Source: Chloroflexota bacterium (GTDB lineage Bacteria > Chloroflexota > Limnocylindria > P2-11E). From it: a DNA stretch of 39,239 nt. Each line of letters starts with the position of its first letter. Within the stretch, counting starts at the first letter, position 1. Location of the stretch: assembly GCA_034666765.1 (NCBI GenBank), contig JAXDLF010000024.1, forward strand, positions 1 to 39,239, in the 5' to 3' direction. Positions 16,353 to 25,369 of this stretch are shown piece by piece. The notes below the pieces were generated by a model. That model did not search any database. It saw only the letters and a program-made list of their open reading frames with translations, and was not told the origin of the DNA. Both the position numbers and the translations under genes were made by a program.

Positions 16353-16964
16353 GTGGCAGATCAGGCCGGAAACAGCCGATCCCGGCGCGGCCCGCGGGCC
16401 TCGCGGAGCTCGACCCGGGAGCGGCTGCTGCAGGCCGCCGATCGCCTGTGGAGCGAGCACGGAGTGCGCGGCGCGTCCCTCGAGGACATCGCGCGCGACG
16501 CCGCGGTGACCAAGCCGACGCTCTACTACTACTTCGCCGACAAGAGCGTGCTGTTCACCGAGATGGTGTGCAGCGTCCTCGAGCAGCACGGCGGCGGGCT
16601 TCGCACCGCGAGCCGCGCGGCCGCGTCCGCGCGCGAGCGCCTGGAGGCCGCGGTCGGGTACCTGATCCGCGCGCGCTGCAGCGGCCCGCGGCTCGTCCGC
16701 GAGGGCGGCGTGCCGCTGACCATCGACCAGCTGAGCCAGACCCGGAGCGCGTTCTTCCGGCATTTCTTCTCACCGGTCCAGCAGATCCTCGACGATGGCG
16801 TGCGGACCGGCGAGCTGCGCTCGATCGACAGCGCGTTCACCGCGCAGGCGCTGCTGAATCTCATCGACCCGTGGACCGGGCGCGAAGCCCGGCCCGGCGG
16901 CCGGAGCGCGGATCAGCTCGCGGCGGACATCGTCGAGCTCGTCCTCGACGGCGTCGGGGTCTAG
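16353..16964 (+). CDS. TetR/AcrR family transcriptional regulator
   Basis: N-terminal HTH RERLLQAADRLWSEHGVRGASLEDIARDAAVTKPTLYYYFADK. GTG 16353 is the only plausible start before the HTH. Confidence 0.9.
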   Translation: MADQAGNSRSRRGPRASRSSTRERLLQAADRLWSEHGVRGASLEDIARDAAVTKPTLYYYFADKSVLFTEMVCSVLEQHGGGLRTASRAAASARERLEAAVGYLIRARCSGPRLVREGGVPLTIDQLSQTRSAFFRHFFSPVQQILDDGVRTGELRSIDSAFTAQALLNLIDPWTGREARPGGRSADQLAADIVELVLDGVGV

Positions 16965-18184
16965 CGGTCGGAGGAGGTGATGCTGCCGGCCGCCGCGGCG
17001 ACGCGGCCCTGCCGAGCCGCGTGGGCCCACTCGCCGATGCGCGTCACGGCGGACTGGAGGTTCTTGAGCGAGTTCGCGTACGACAGGCGCAGGTAGCCCT
17101 CGCCGCCGGAGCCGAAGTTCGTGCCCGCGAGCACCGCGACGCCGGCCTCGTGGAGGATCCGCTCCTGCACCGTCGCTGAATCTCCGAGGCCCAGGCCGGT
17201 GATGTTCGGGAACACGTAGAACGCGCCCTTCGGCTCGCGGCAGCTGATGCCGTCGATCTTGTTGAGGCCGGTGACCACCGCGTCGCGCCGCTCGCGGAAC
17301 GCCTTCACCATCTCGGCGACCTCCGGCGGACGCGTGGTCAGCGCGAGCGCGCCGGCGCGCTGGGTGAACGCGGCGGTGCACGACACCGAATTGGTGACCA
17401 GCTTCGTGACCGGTTCGACGAGCGACCAGGGGAACACCCCGTAGCCGAGCCGCCATCCGGTCATCGCGAAGGTCTTGCTGAAGCCGTCCAGGAGGATCGT
17501 CCGTTCGGCCATCCCGTCCTCGTGAAGGATCGAGTGGTGGCTGCCCTCGTACATGATCTCGGCGTAGATCTCGTCCGCGAGCACCCAGAGATCCCGAGCC
17601 CGCGCGATCTGCGCGATCTCCTTGATGACGCTCTGAGAGAGGACGCCGCCGGTCGGGTTCTCCGGGCTGTTCAGCACGATGAGCCTCGTGCGGTCGGTGA
17701 CGAGCGTCTTCAGCTCGTCGAGATCGGGATTGAAGTCGTCCTTCTCGCGCAGCTTCAGCGGGACGCCTTTCGCGCCGGCGAAGGCGATCATCGAGGAGTA
17801 GATCGGGAAGCCCGGGTCCGGGTAGATCGCCTCGTCACCCGCGTCCAGCAGCGCGAGCATCGCGAAGAACATGATCGGCTTGGCCCCCGGGGTGACGATG
17901 ACCTGACCGGGGTCCACGGCCAGGTGGCGAGTGCGGTTGAGGTGATCCGCGATCGCCTGGCGGAGCTCCGGGATGCCGGCCGACGCCGTGTAGTGCGTCT
18001 CGCCCCGCTGCAGCGCCGAGAGGCCGGCGTGCACGACCGACGGCGGCGTGTCGAAATCCGGCTCGCCGATCTCGAGGTGGATGATGTCGCGTCCCTGCGC
18101 CTCGAGCGCGCGGGCTTTGGCCAGGACCTCGAACGCGGTCTCCGTGCCGAGCCGGGACATCCGGGGCGCGAGTGGACGGGTCAT
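16961..18184 (-). CDS. Pyridoxal-phosphate-dependent class I aminotransferase (aspartate aminotransferase-like)
   Basis: IHLEIGEPDFDTP, NSPENPTGG, and SKTFAMTGWRLGY (PLP lysine). Start at ATG 18184; alternatives are 18160 and 18232. Confidence 0.9.
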   Translation of the reverse strand: MTRPLAPRMSRLGTETAFEVLAKARALEAQGRDIIHLEIGEPDFDTPPSVVHAGLSALQRGETHYTASAGIPELRQAIADHLNRTRHLAVDPGQVIVTPGAKPIMFFAMLALLDAGDEAIYPDPGFPIYSSMIAFAGAKGVPLKLREKDDFNPDLDELKTLVTDRTRLIVLNSPENPTGGVLSQSVIKEIAQIARARDLWVLADEIYAEIMYEGSHHSILHEDGMAERTILLDGFSKTFAMTGWRLGYGVFPWSLVEPVTKLVTNSVSCTAAFTQRAGALALTTRPPEVAEMVKAFRERRDAVVTGLNKIDGISCREPKGAFYVFPNITGLGLGDSATVQERILHEAGVAVLAGTNFGSGGEGYLRLSYANSLKNLQSAVTRIGEWAHAARQGRVAAAAGSITSSDR

Positions 18185-18195
18185 CCGGCGGCAGT

Positions 18196-18459
18196 CTAGA
18201 GCCGCCGGGCCTTGCCTTCGACGCATGCGCAACCGTCCGGACCGACGACCGCGGCGTGCGGAGTTCCGGCCGGCAGCACCATGCGTTCGCCTGCCGCGAG
18301 ACGGATGACCCGGTCGTCGAGGGTGAAGTCGATGGAGCCGGACACGCAGTAGAGGATCTTCGTGTACGCGTGCTCGTGCCGGGGATACCGATCGTTCGGC
18401 CCGTTCGACCAGCCGTACACGTCGTCCGCCTCGCCTCGCAGCGACTGTTCGATACTCAC
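18196..18459 (-). CDS. Small cupin domain protein
   Basis: RHEHAYTKILYCVSGSIDF...GERMVLPAGTPHA cupin motifs. Start uncertain (GTG 18459 or ATG 18480). 11 nt upstream of the aminotransferase gene. Confidence 0.62.
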   Translation of the reverse strand: MSIEQSLRGEADDVYGWSNGPNDRYPRHEHAYTKILYCVSGSIDFTLDDRVIRLAAGERMVLPAGTPHAAVVGPDGCACVEGKARRL

Positions 18460-18463
18460 CTCA

Positions 18464-19324
18464 GTGCGGCTCCACGCCATCTTCCCCCAGACCGAGATCG
18501 GCAGCGACCCGGCCGTCATCGCGCGGTTCATCCGCGAGGTCGAGTCGCTGGGCCTGGATGGCCTCGTGGCGTACGACCACGTCCTCGGCGCCGATCCCGC
18601 GCGGCCGGGATGGTCCGGCCCATACACGATCGACACGCCGTTCCACGAGGTCATGGTCCTGTTCGGATACGCCGCGGCCATCACCGCGAAGCTCGAGCTG
18701 TCGACCGGTGTGCTCATCCTTCCGCAGCGCCCGACCGCGCTCGTCGCGAAGCAGGCCGCGGCGCTCGACGTCCTCTCCGGCGGCCGGCTGCGGCTGGGGG
18801 TCGGGGTCGGCTGGAACTGGGTGGAGTTCGAGGCACTCGGCATGAGCTTCACCGACCGCGGAAAACGGATCGAGGAGCAGATCGCGCTGCTGCGGCGCCT
18901 CTGGACCGAGCCGACCGTGACGTTCGATGGGACCTGGCATCACGTGGATCGCGCGGGGATCAATCCACTCCCGGTGCGGCGTCCGATCCCGCTCTGGATG
19001 GGCGCCGACAGCGAACGCGCGACCCGGCGCGTGGCGCGTCTCGCCGATGGCTTCTTCGCGCACCTCGCCGCGACGGACGAGGGCGCGGCGCGGGCCGCGC
19101 AGTTCTGGGAGTGGGTGAAGGAGGCCGGCCGGGACCCGAAGCGCGTGGGGCTCGAGCTCCGCCTCGGCGCGAAGATGAGCGACGACGAGCTCGCGCGCGC
19201 CGCCGAGCGGTACCGGGCGATGGGCGCGACGGACTTCGAGCTCAACACGATGCGCGCGGGGTTCCGCTCGCCGGACGAGCACCTTGCCGCCTACCGCCGG
19301 TTCATGGAGCGGGTCAGGGCGTAG
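18464..19324 (+). CDS. LLM class F420-dependent oxidoreductase (luciferase-like monooxygenase family)
   Basis: MRLHAIFPQTEIG..., LSTGVLILPQRP, LDVLSGGRLRLGVGVGW: the pattern of TIGR03619-type LLM proteins, from memory. GTG start at 18464. Confidence 0.82.
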   Translation: MRLHAIFPQTEIGSDPAVIARFIREVESLGLDGLVAYDHVLGADPARPGWSGPYTIDTPFHEVMVLFGYAAAITAKLELSTGVLILPQRPTALVAKQAAALDVLSGGRLRLGVGVGWNWVEFEALGMSFTDRGKRIEEQIALLRRLWTEPTVTFDGTWHHVDRAGINPLPVRRPIPLWMGADSERATRRVARLADGFFAHLAATDEGAARAAQFWEWVKEAGRDPKRVGLELRLGAKMSDDELARAAERYRAMGATDFELNTMRAGFRSPDEHLAAYRRFMERVRA

Positions 19325-21431
19325 TCGTCGAGACGGGTACCCCGAACGCGGAGATCCGCACCGGATCACCACCGGTGAGCAGCTGCGCGTACAGGCCGGT
19401 CTCACGGGCCACGTAGAACCACGTGCCGTCGGGCGACCAGCCCGCGAACCGGCCGCTGCCCGCGGATGCGACGATCGACCCCGTGCCCGCGTCCCGCACC
19501 ACGGGGATGTTACCCAGGGTCATCCCGACGAGATGGCCGGTCGGTGACCACCGGATGTCCGCGACGTCCTGACCTGGAACTCGCAGCGTCGCGCCGCCGT
19601 CGGCCGCGCGAACGAGCGCGAAGAAGAAGCCGAAGCCGAAATTCACTGTGGTGGGGCTGATCCGCACCGAGAGGAACGCGCCATCGGCCGACGCTCCGAG
19701 CATGGAGAGCTGAAGCCCTTGCAGTGTCGTGAACGGGGTCTCGGTGGACACCATGGCCGCGGTCGCTACGGTTCTGGGGCCGAGCGGGGTCGACTCGACG
19801 ATCGAGTGGTCGGTGCGCGTCTGCAGCGGGAGGTTCAGCCGTCCGTTGTCGATCAGGAAGGTCTTCCCGCCGCCGAACGCGATCTCTCGTGCCTTGTACG
19901 TGCTGACGCGCGCACCGTTGGTCGGCGACACCAGCCGCACCTCGCCGTCCGCGCCGAACCCGGCGGAGTCGAACGAGCCGATGAAGTCCGTGTAGGCGAC
20001 GCTGCCGTCGGGTGACCACGCCGGGAACGGGCCGGCGGCGTCCTGATCGCTGAGGACGCCGCCGGTACCGGTGAGGTCGGTGACGAACACCGCGCCGCGG
20101 AAGCGGCTCACATCGAAATAGAGGATCCGGTCGCCGCGCGGCGACCACTGCGGCACCGCGATGCCGCTGAGTCGCCGGATGCTGCCATCGTCCGGCTGCA
20201 GCTGCCGCAGCAGGTGGGCTTCGCCGGCGGCGTCCGTCGCCCAGAGGAGCCCGCCGAACGCGAATGTGTATCTCGCCGCCGGACGCGCCTGGGCCGGGGC
20301 GGGGGTGGAGCGCGCGATCGTGAAGGTCTCCGGATACCAGGCGTCGGGCTGGGTCACGTCGCTCAGGAGGACGACCGGCTGGTCCGGTCGCGCGGTGTCG
20401 TAGCGGAAGATCCGTGAACCGGTCAGGCCGATGGCCGTCCGGCGGTCGGTCGAGAACACCACGCGGTCGATGACTCCGGGGATCGTCTCGAGCGGCGGCG
20501 AGCCGGCCGCGAGGAACGCGAGCGCGGTGCTGGCCCCCTGGTGCACCAGATAGCGCTCGTTCGACCAGCGCGCGACGAGGCGCACGTCGTCGTAGAACTG
20601 GGTCGTCTCCTGTCGCACGTCCCCGCCGTCGGCGGTCATGCTCCAGACGCGGGCTTGGCCGGCGTTGATCACCGGGACGGTCGCGTCGCGGATCGCCGGC
20701 GCGACCTGGCCGGCGAGGTAGTAGATCCGGCCGTCGTCGCCGAGGAACGGCGACGTCGCGACCTGGCCGGTCAACGGCCTGAGCCGCGAGCCGTCCGCGC
20801 GCTGCACGGCGATGAGCCCGGCGAGGGTCTGGACGAGCAGCTCGTCCGCGGAGATCCACTGTGCGAGGAACGCGTTCCCCAGCGACGTCACGTTGCGCCA
20901 GCTGCCGCCGGCCGCGAGCGCGACGAACACGTCCGTCCGCTGGCTCTGCGCGTCGCGCTGCGTCGCCGCGATGGACCGGCTATCGGTGGACCAGTCCAGG
21001 TCGATGAGTCGTGCGGTGCCGGCCGCGGCGGCCCGTGGAAGGGGCAGATCGACACGCGCTCCGTCGAGCCGCTGGACGGCCACGGATTGGCCGCCCCGGT
21101 CCAGGTAGGCGAGCGACTCGCCATCGGGGGACCAGCGCATCGCGATCACGTCGCTGAGCGCGTCGGTCTTCGCGATCGCCCGCCGCTGGCTCCCGTCGAG
21201 GTTGGAGACCCACAGCTGGTGTCCATTGGTCGGATCGGTCCGCCAGTAGGCGATGCGCCCGGCGCGCGACAGCTCGAGCGGGGCCCGCGTCGCGGTCGGG
21301 GTGGGAGAGGCCTCCACGACGATCGACTGCTCGAGCAGGCCGCCCGCCGCGAGCGCAGCCGCCAGCGCCGCGACGGATACGACGACCACGAGCACGGCGG
21401 CGATCGCGTATGGCGCCAGGGCCCGTCGCAT
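19314..21431 (-). CDS. Membrane-anchored TolB-like (PD40 beta-propeller repeat) protein
   Basis: ATG 21431 gives an N-terminal TM anchor (YAIAAVLVVVVSVAALAAALAAG). Repeated WSPDG/WSPRG/WSPTG propeller signatures. The upstream 142 codons of the ORF are Arg-rich and overlap the opposite gene. Confidence 0.8.
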   Translation of the reverse strand: MRRALAPYAIAAVLVVVVSVAALAAALAAGGLLEQSIVVEASPTPTATRAPLELSRAGRIAYWRTDPTNGHQLWVSNLDGSQRRAIAKTDALSDVIAMRWSPDGESLAYLDRGGQSVAVQRLDGARVDLPLPRAAAAGTARLIDLDWSTDSRSIAATQRDAQSQRTDVFVALAAGGSWRNVTSLGNAFLAQWISADELLVQTLAGLIAVQRADGSRLRPLTGQVATSPFLGDDGRIYYLAGQVAPAIRDATVPVINAGQARVWSMTADGGDVRQETTQFYDDVRLVARWSNERYLVHQGASTALAFLAAGSPPLETIPGVIDRVVFSTDRRTAIGLTGSRIFRYDTARPDQPVVLLSDVTQPDAWYPETFTIARSTPAPAQARPAARYTFAFGGLLWATDAAGEAHLLRQLQPDDGSIRRLSGIAVPQWSPRGDRILYFDVSRFRGAVFVTDLTGTGGVLSDQDAAGPFPAWSPDGSVAYTDFIGSFDSAGFGADGEVRLVSPTNGARVSTYKAREIAFGGGKTFLIDNGRLNLPLQTRTDHSIVESTPLGPRTVATAAMVSTETPFTTLQGLQLSMLGASADGAFLSVRISPTTVNFGFGFFFALVRAADGGATLRVPGQDVADIRWSPTGHLVGMTLGNIPVVRDAGTGSIVASAGSGRFAGWSPDGTWFYVARETGLYAQLLTGGDPVRISAFGVPVSTTTP

Positions 21432-21451
21432 ATCGCAATAATCCGCCTCGG

Positions 21452-22243
21452 GTGGATGCGCCGCTGGTCCGCGAGTTCCTCCGCACCCTTCCTGACCGGC
21501 CGCCCGACGCCCGCACCGTCGCGCGGACGCGTGCCTATCTCGAAGCCATCGGCCGGCCCGACGTGCGCTACCTCGTCGGCACCATTCGCGGCGAGGGCGC
21601 CGGGATCGTGGCCCGGTACGCCCGCGGCGTGCTCGAAGCGGCCGGCGCGAGCGTGGCCGCGGCGGACGATCCCCTCGACGACCCGCTGCTGGCGATCGCC
21701 GGCACGTCGGTCGCCGCGATGGGCTATCAGCTCGCGGCGACCCACCCCGAGATCGGCGAGCTGTCGCGCCGCGAAGCCGAGACGCTGCTCGCGTTCGTCG
21801 CGCATGCGGAGGCCAGCCGACGGGTGCTGCTCCTCTTGGACGACGCGTTCGATGCACGGGACCCGGTGCACGGCGCGACGCCCGACGTGATCGCCGTGGC
21901 CCGGGCGTCCGACGCGCAGCTCGTGGCGGCGATCGCGGGCGCGCCGGAGCGCCGCCCGTTCGTCATCGCCCCGCGCGACCGCGATTCGGCCGAAGCGGCG
22001 ATGGCCGGCCGGGCCCTGCCCTATGTCCTCGGCGGGCGTGACTTCGTCGCCAGCCGGTCAGGATCGACCATCGACCTCGTGGTCGGGGACGAACGCTACG
22101 CGGCCCTCGCCCTCGGGCCGGGCGACGATCCCGATCTGGCGGCGACCGGCATCGCGGTCGGTCTGGCCATCGCGTCGTTCGGGGCGCGGATGCGCCCGGA
22201 ATGGGTCGAGACCGGTGCCCGCGCGGCGGCGGCGCGAGAATGA
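21452..22243 (+). CDS. Truncated, catalytically degenerate FolC/Mur-ligase-like protein
   Basis: Colinear by eye with the FolC N-terminal and central domains. The P-loop reads VGTIRGEGAG (vs GTKGKGST in the true FolC at 30339-31637) and the EVGLGGRLDATN block reads LLLDDAFDARD. It ends at about 263 aa. Start is GTG 21452 or ATG 21410. Confidence 0.55.
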   Translation: MDAPLVREFLRTLPDRPPDARTVARTRAYLEAIGRPDVRYLVGTIRGEGAGIVARYARGVLEAAGASVAAADDPLDDPLLAIAGTSVAAMGYQLAATHPEIGELSRREAETLLAFVAHAEASRRVLLLLDDAFDARDPVHGATPDVIAVARASDAQLVAAIAGAPERRPFVIAPRDRDSAEAAMAGRALPYVLGGRDFVASRSGSTIDLVVGDERYAALALGPGDDPDLAATGIAVGLAIASFGARMRPEWVETGARAAAARE

Positions 22244-22247
22244 GCCG

Positions 22248-22577
22248 GTGACGCCGCTCGAAGCCGCCAAGACGTTCATGGCCGCGCTCGAGGCAGGGGA
22301 TGCCGACAAGGCCGGGTCGGTGTGCAGCGACGACGTCACCGTCGTGCTGCCCGGTGGCGAAACCGAGCTGCAGGGACGGGACGCGGCGAAGCGGCTCATC
22401 CGCATGGCGCCGCCGTTCATCCGGCGGGTCCGTGAGGAGGACGTGCAGGGCAACACCGTCATCCTTCGCGGGCTCACCCGGTCACCGGGCCATTTCGCGA
22501 ACTTCACGACCTGGACCTTCGAGACCGAAGGCGATCGGATCGTCCACGTCTCCTTCGCCTGGCGGCCGGCGAACTAG
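22248..22577 (+). CDS. SnoaL/NTF2-like (ketosteroid-isomerase fold) small protein
   Basis: TPLEAAKTFMAALEAGDADKAGSVCSDDV... and ...GDRIVHVSFAW are typical of SnoaL-like domains. GTG lies 4 nt after the preceding stop. Confidence 0.68.
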   Translation: MTPLEAAKTFMAALEAGDADKAGSVCSDDVTVVLPGGETELQGRDAAKRLIRMAPPFIRRVREEDVQGNTVILRGLTRSPGHFANFTTWTFETEGDRIVHVSFAWRPAN

Positions 22578-22870
22578 CCCTCGACGTAGCGGAACGAGCG
22601 CGGGATCTTCACGAGGCCGAACTCGCTCAGCCCCCGCGGCGCGCGATAGCGCCGCGGCTTCGTGATCGGAAGGGCCCAGCCCCGCGCCGAGCGGCGTGTC
22701 GGCGTGCCGAGCTCGCATTCGCCCACGATCGCCCGGGCCTCGACGACCGCGAGGTACGCCCGGGCCGGCAAGCGCTTCGGGGGGACGGTGCGGTGCTCGA
22801 ACCGGGCCGTTCCGTCGAGGATGGCCTCGGCGTGATCCGCATGGATGGCGAGGACGACGGCATCGGGCAT
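22574..22870 (-). CDS. ASCH domain protein
   Basis: ATG 22870 preceded by GGAGGA at 6 nt. 98 aa with LAIHADHAEAILDGTARFEHR... resembling ASCH/PUA-like domains. Confidence 0.68.
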   Translation of the reverse strand: MPDAVVLAIHADHAEAILDGTARFEHRTVPPKRLPARAYLAVVEARAIVGECELGTPTRRSARGWALPITKPRRYRAPRGLSEFGLVKIPRSFRYVEG

Positions 22871-22917
22871 GGCGATCCTCCGCAGGTGATCGCCAACGCT
22901 ATCGGTGGCCGCTTGCG

Positions 22918-23508
22918 TCAGAGGTCGAGGCGCGTGACCTCGCGGTAGTACGGCCAGCGCTCGCGCAGCCGCGCGGCCATCGTGCGGTAGTCCCCGGGTT
23001 TGACGCCGGCGAATAGCGTCGTGGTCTCCTGTAAGTAGCGCGTTTCGCGTGCGGCACGCTCGATGTCGTCGTTCGTCTCGTCTGCCGCCACCGCCTCGAT
23101 CTGCCACGGATAGCCGAGGACGTGGCGGAACGTCTCGGTCGCGCGCTCCAGATGGAATGGGGACGTGATGACGGCGAGCGGGCGCGGCTCGATGTCCGTC
23201 AGGTATCGGATGGCCGTGAGCACCGCGTTGCCGATGGTGTCGCGGGACTCGTCCTCGATCGCGATCCGGTCCGCAGCGACACCCCAGCCGACGATGAGGT
23301 CGCGCATGAGCGCGGCCTCGCTCGGCGTCCCGGAGGCCGCCTCGAGCTGGCGATCGCCGGAGCTGATGAGCACCAGCTCCGGGCGCTCCCGCGCGAGTTG
23401 CGCGGCGCGGTGGGCGCGGGCGCTCGTGGACGGCAGCGGCCGGCCGTCCGGCGCGAGCCCGCCGCCGAGGACCACGGCCAGCTCGGGGGCATCGGCGACG
23501 ATCGTCAT
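22918..23508 (-). CDS. YdcF/DUF218 (ElyC/SanA-like) family protein
   Basis: AVVLGGGLAPDG, LVLISSGD, ESRDTIGNA and VITSPFHLERA motifs of DUF218. Confidence 0.8.
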   Translation of the reverse strand: MTIVADAPELAVVLGGGLAPDGRPLPSTSARAHRAAQLARERPELVLISSGDRQLEAASGTPSEAALMRDLIVGWGVAADRIAIEDESRDTIGNAVLTAIRYLTDIEPRPLAVITSPFHLERATETFRHVLGYPWQIEAVAADETNDDIERAARETRYLQETTTLFAGVKPGDYRTMAARLRERWPYYREVTRLDL

Positions 23509-23539
23509 GCGCAAACCCTACCCAAAGAGAACGGCCCGC

Positions 23540-23575
23540 AAAAAGAACGGGCGCCCCGCCGGGGGGCGCCCGTTC
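23540..23575 (-). terminator. Rho-independent terminator ending the folC-ABC transcription unit
   Basis: Minus strand: perfect 13-bp stem GAACGGGCGCCCC / GGGGCGCCCGTTC with a 5-nt loop, followed directly by TTTTT. Lies 25 nt after the SBP stop. Confidence 0.85.
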
Positions 23576-23599
23576 CACGCACGTTCGAGGACCATCGCG

Positions 23600-25369
23600 C
23601 TAGATCGCGTGCAGCGTCCCGTTGTAGATCATGATCGACACGAAGCTGTCGCCACCGCCGTTCTTGTAGACGGGGTCGCTGTCGGCCGGCCACGGTGCCA
23701 CGCGCTTGGTCTCGTTGACCGGGTTGTTGCCGTAGCGCTCCCAGAGCGGGATGTTCGGCAGCAGGTCGTTGTACGCCAGGATCGCGGCGGTCACGGCCGG
23801 CTTCTGCTTCTCGGTGTCGAAGCCGTCACCCATCGAGTTGATGAGCGCGCTGAAGTCGGTGCTTCCCTGCGTGAGCGGGTACGCCATGCCGCCGCCTGCG
23901 GGGATCGTGTTGTGCGTCTGCAGGTCCTGGATGAACGACCCCTGCGGATGCGGGTTCGCGATGCCCCAGCCCATGATCGCGATCTGGAACTTGCCGGCGT
24001 TCACGTCGGCGAGCTGGGTGGAACGGATCGCGCCACGCGGCGTGATCTTGATGCCGAACTTGTTGAGCGAGTCGCTCGCGTGGTTCGCGGCGCTCGTCCA
24101 GTCCGCGAAGTCGCTCGGGAAGTACAGCTCGTACGCGAGGGCCTTGCCGCCCTTGGCGTAGATGCCGTCGCCGCCCTTCGCGTAGCCCGCGTCCGTCATG
24201 AGCTTCGCGGCAGCGGCGAGGTCGTAGTCGTACGACTTGAGCTTCGCCTGGTCCGCCGCGCTCACCCAGAGCGGGACGATGTTGTCGCTGACGCCGGCCA
24301 TGAACTTCTGGGCCTTGGCCGACTGGCCGTACGTGATCGTCGCGCTCTCGGCCTTGTTGATGGCCATGGCGACGGCCTGACGGAGCCGCTTGTCCTGGAA
24401 CTCGGGGGCACCCGTCCAGCTGAAGAAGATGGCCGGTCCGGTGTAGAGCGGGCCGCGCACGACCCGCAGTCCGTTGCTGCCGAACGCCTTGTCGGTCGCG
24501 AGTGGGAAGCCGTGGGTCGCGTAGTCGACGTCGCCGGCGAGCACGAGCGGGGTCACCGCGTCGGTCTCTCCTTGATAGACGACGATCTTGTCGAAGTTCA
24601 CCTTGTCGGCGAACAGTCCACCGGAGTTCTTCGTCATGGTGAGCTGTGCCGCTGTGACGCTCGACGTGTCGATCTTGTAAGGCCCGATGGACGGCGCGGT
24701 GGTCGGACGGAAGTCAGCGACCTCCTTGGCGACGGCCTTCACCTCATCGGATGCCGTCGTCTTGCCGGCGTTGTAGAGGTCCTGGAGCCTCTTCGCGAAC
24801 GTCCCGAACTGCGAGTCCGGACGGATGCCGTTGCGGAGCACGAGACGCGGCACGAGCGCCGACGGACGGTTGATGTGGAACCGCACCGTGTACTTGTCCG
24901 GGGTCTCGAGCTTGTCGGCGTAGGTCCAGATGCCGAAGCTCTGGGAGCGTCCGACCCAGTAGGTCGATGCGACGTCGGCCGAGGTGAACTCCTTGCCGTC
25001 GTCCCACTTGAGCCCCTGCTTGAGCTTGACCTCGTAGTTCTCGCCGGTCTGGGTCGCTGACTCCATGAGCCAGTTCTCCCACTTGCCCTCGGCCCAGCGG
25101 TAGACGCCGAGCGACGGCATGACCAGATCCAAGATGTAGCTACCGCTCATCACCGAACCGGCGGAGAGGTAGTTGTAGTGACCCTTCGGCGGCAGATCCC
25201 ACGGCCATGCGGCGTGGAACTCGCCACCCTTCTTCGCCGTTCCGCCGCCGGCGCTCGCACCTGGGGTCGTGGTGCCGGGCGCGCACGCAGCGGCGACAAT
25301 GCCGATGCTGACGAGCGCGGAATCACGCAGGAACCGGCGCCGGTCAACGCGATATCGCTGGTCGCTCAT
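23600..25369 (-). CDS. ABC transporter substrate-binding protein, family 5 (peptide/nickel, DppA/OppA-like), TAT-lipoprotein
   Basis: ATG 25369 preceded by GAAGGAGGAAGG. Twin-arginine signal RRRFLRDSALVSIGIVAAAC. Length and composition typical of SBP_bac_5. Confidence 0.9.
   Translation of the reverse strand: MSDQRYRVDRRRFLRDSALVSIGIVAAACAPGTTTPGASAGGGTAKKGGEFHAAWPWDLPPKGHYNYLSAGSVMSGSYILDLVMPSLGVYRWAEGKWENWLMESATQTGENYEVKLKQGLKWDDGKEFTSADVASTYWVGRSQSFGIWTYADKLETPDKYTVRFHINRPSALVPRLVLRNGIRPDSQFGTFAKRLQDLYNAGKTTASDEVKAVAKEVADFRPTTAPSIGPYKIDTSSVTAAQLTMTKNSGGLFADKVNFDKIVVYQGETDAVTPLVLAGDVDYATHGFPLATDKAFGSNGLRVVRGPLYTGPAIFFSWTGAPEFQDKRLRQAVAMAINKAESATITYGQSAKAQKFMAGVSDNIVPLWVSAADQAKLKSYDYDLAAAAKLMTDAGYAKGGDGIYAKGGKALAYELYFPSDFADWTSAANHASDSLNKFGIKITPRGAIRSTQLADVNAGKFQIAIMGWGIANPHPQGSFIQDLQTHNTIPAGGGMAYPLTQGSTDFSALINSMGDGFDTEKQKPAVTAAILAYNDLLPNIPLWERYGNNPVNETKRVAPWPADSDPVYKNGGGDSFVSIMIYNGTLHAI

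Noticed and set aside
18185-18208. 8-bp GC stem (CCGGCGGC / GCCGCCGG) with an 8-nt loop straddling the cupin stop and the aminotransferase start
   Set aside because: It could modulate coupling, but short GC stems are frequent at this base composition. There is no U-tract and no repeat of the element elsewhere in the window.
22871-22894. Inverted repeat GGCGATC-N10-GATCGCC enclosing the ASCH gene RBS
   Set aside because: A 7-bp stem, a single occurrence, and compatible with chance. It is noted only as a possible RBS-sequestering hairpin.
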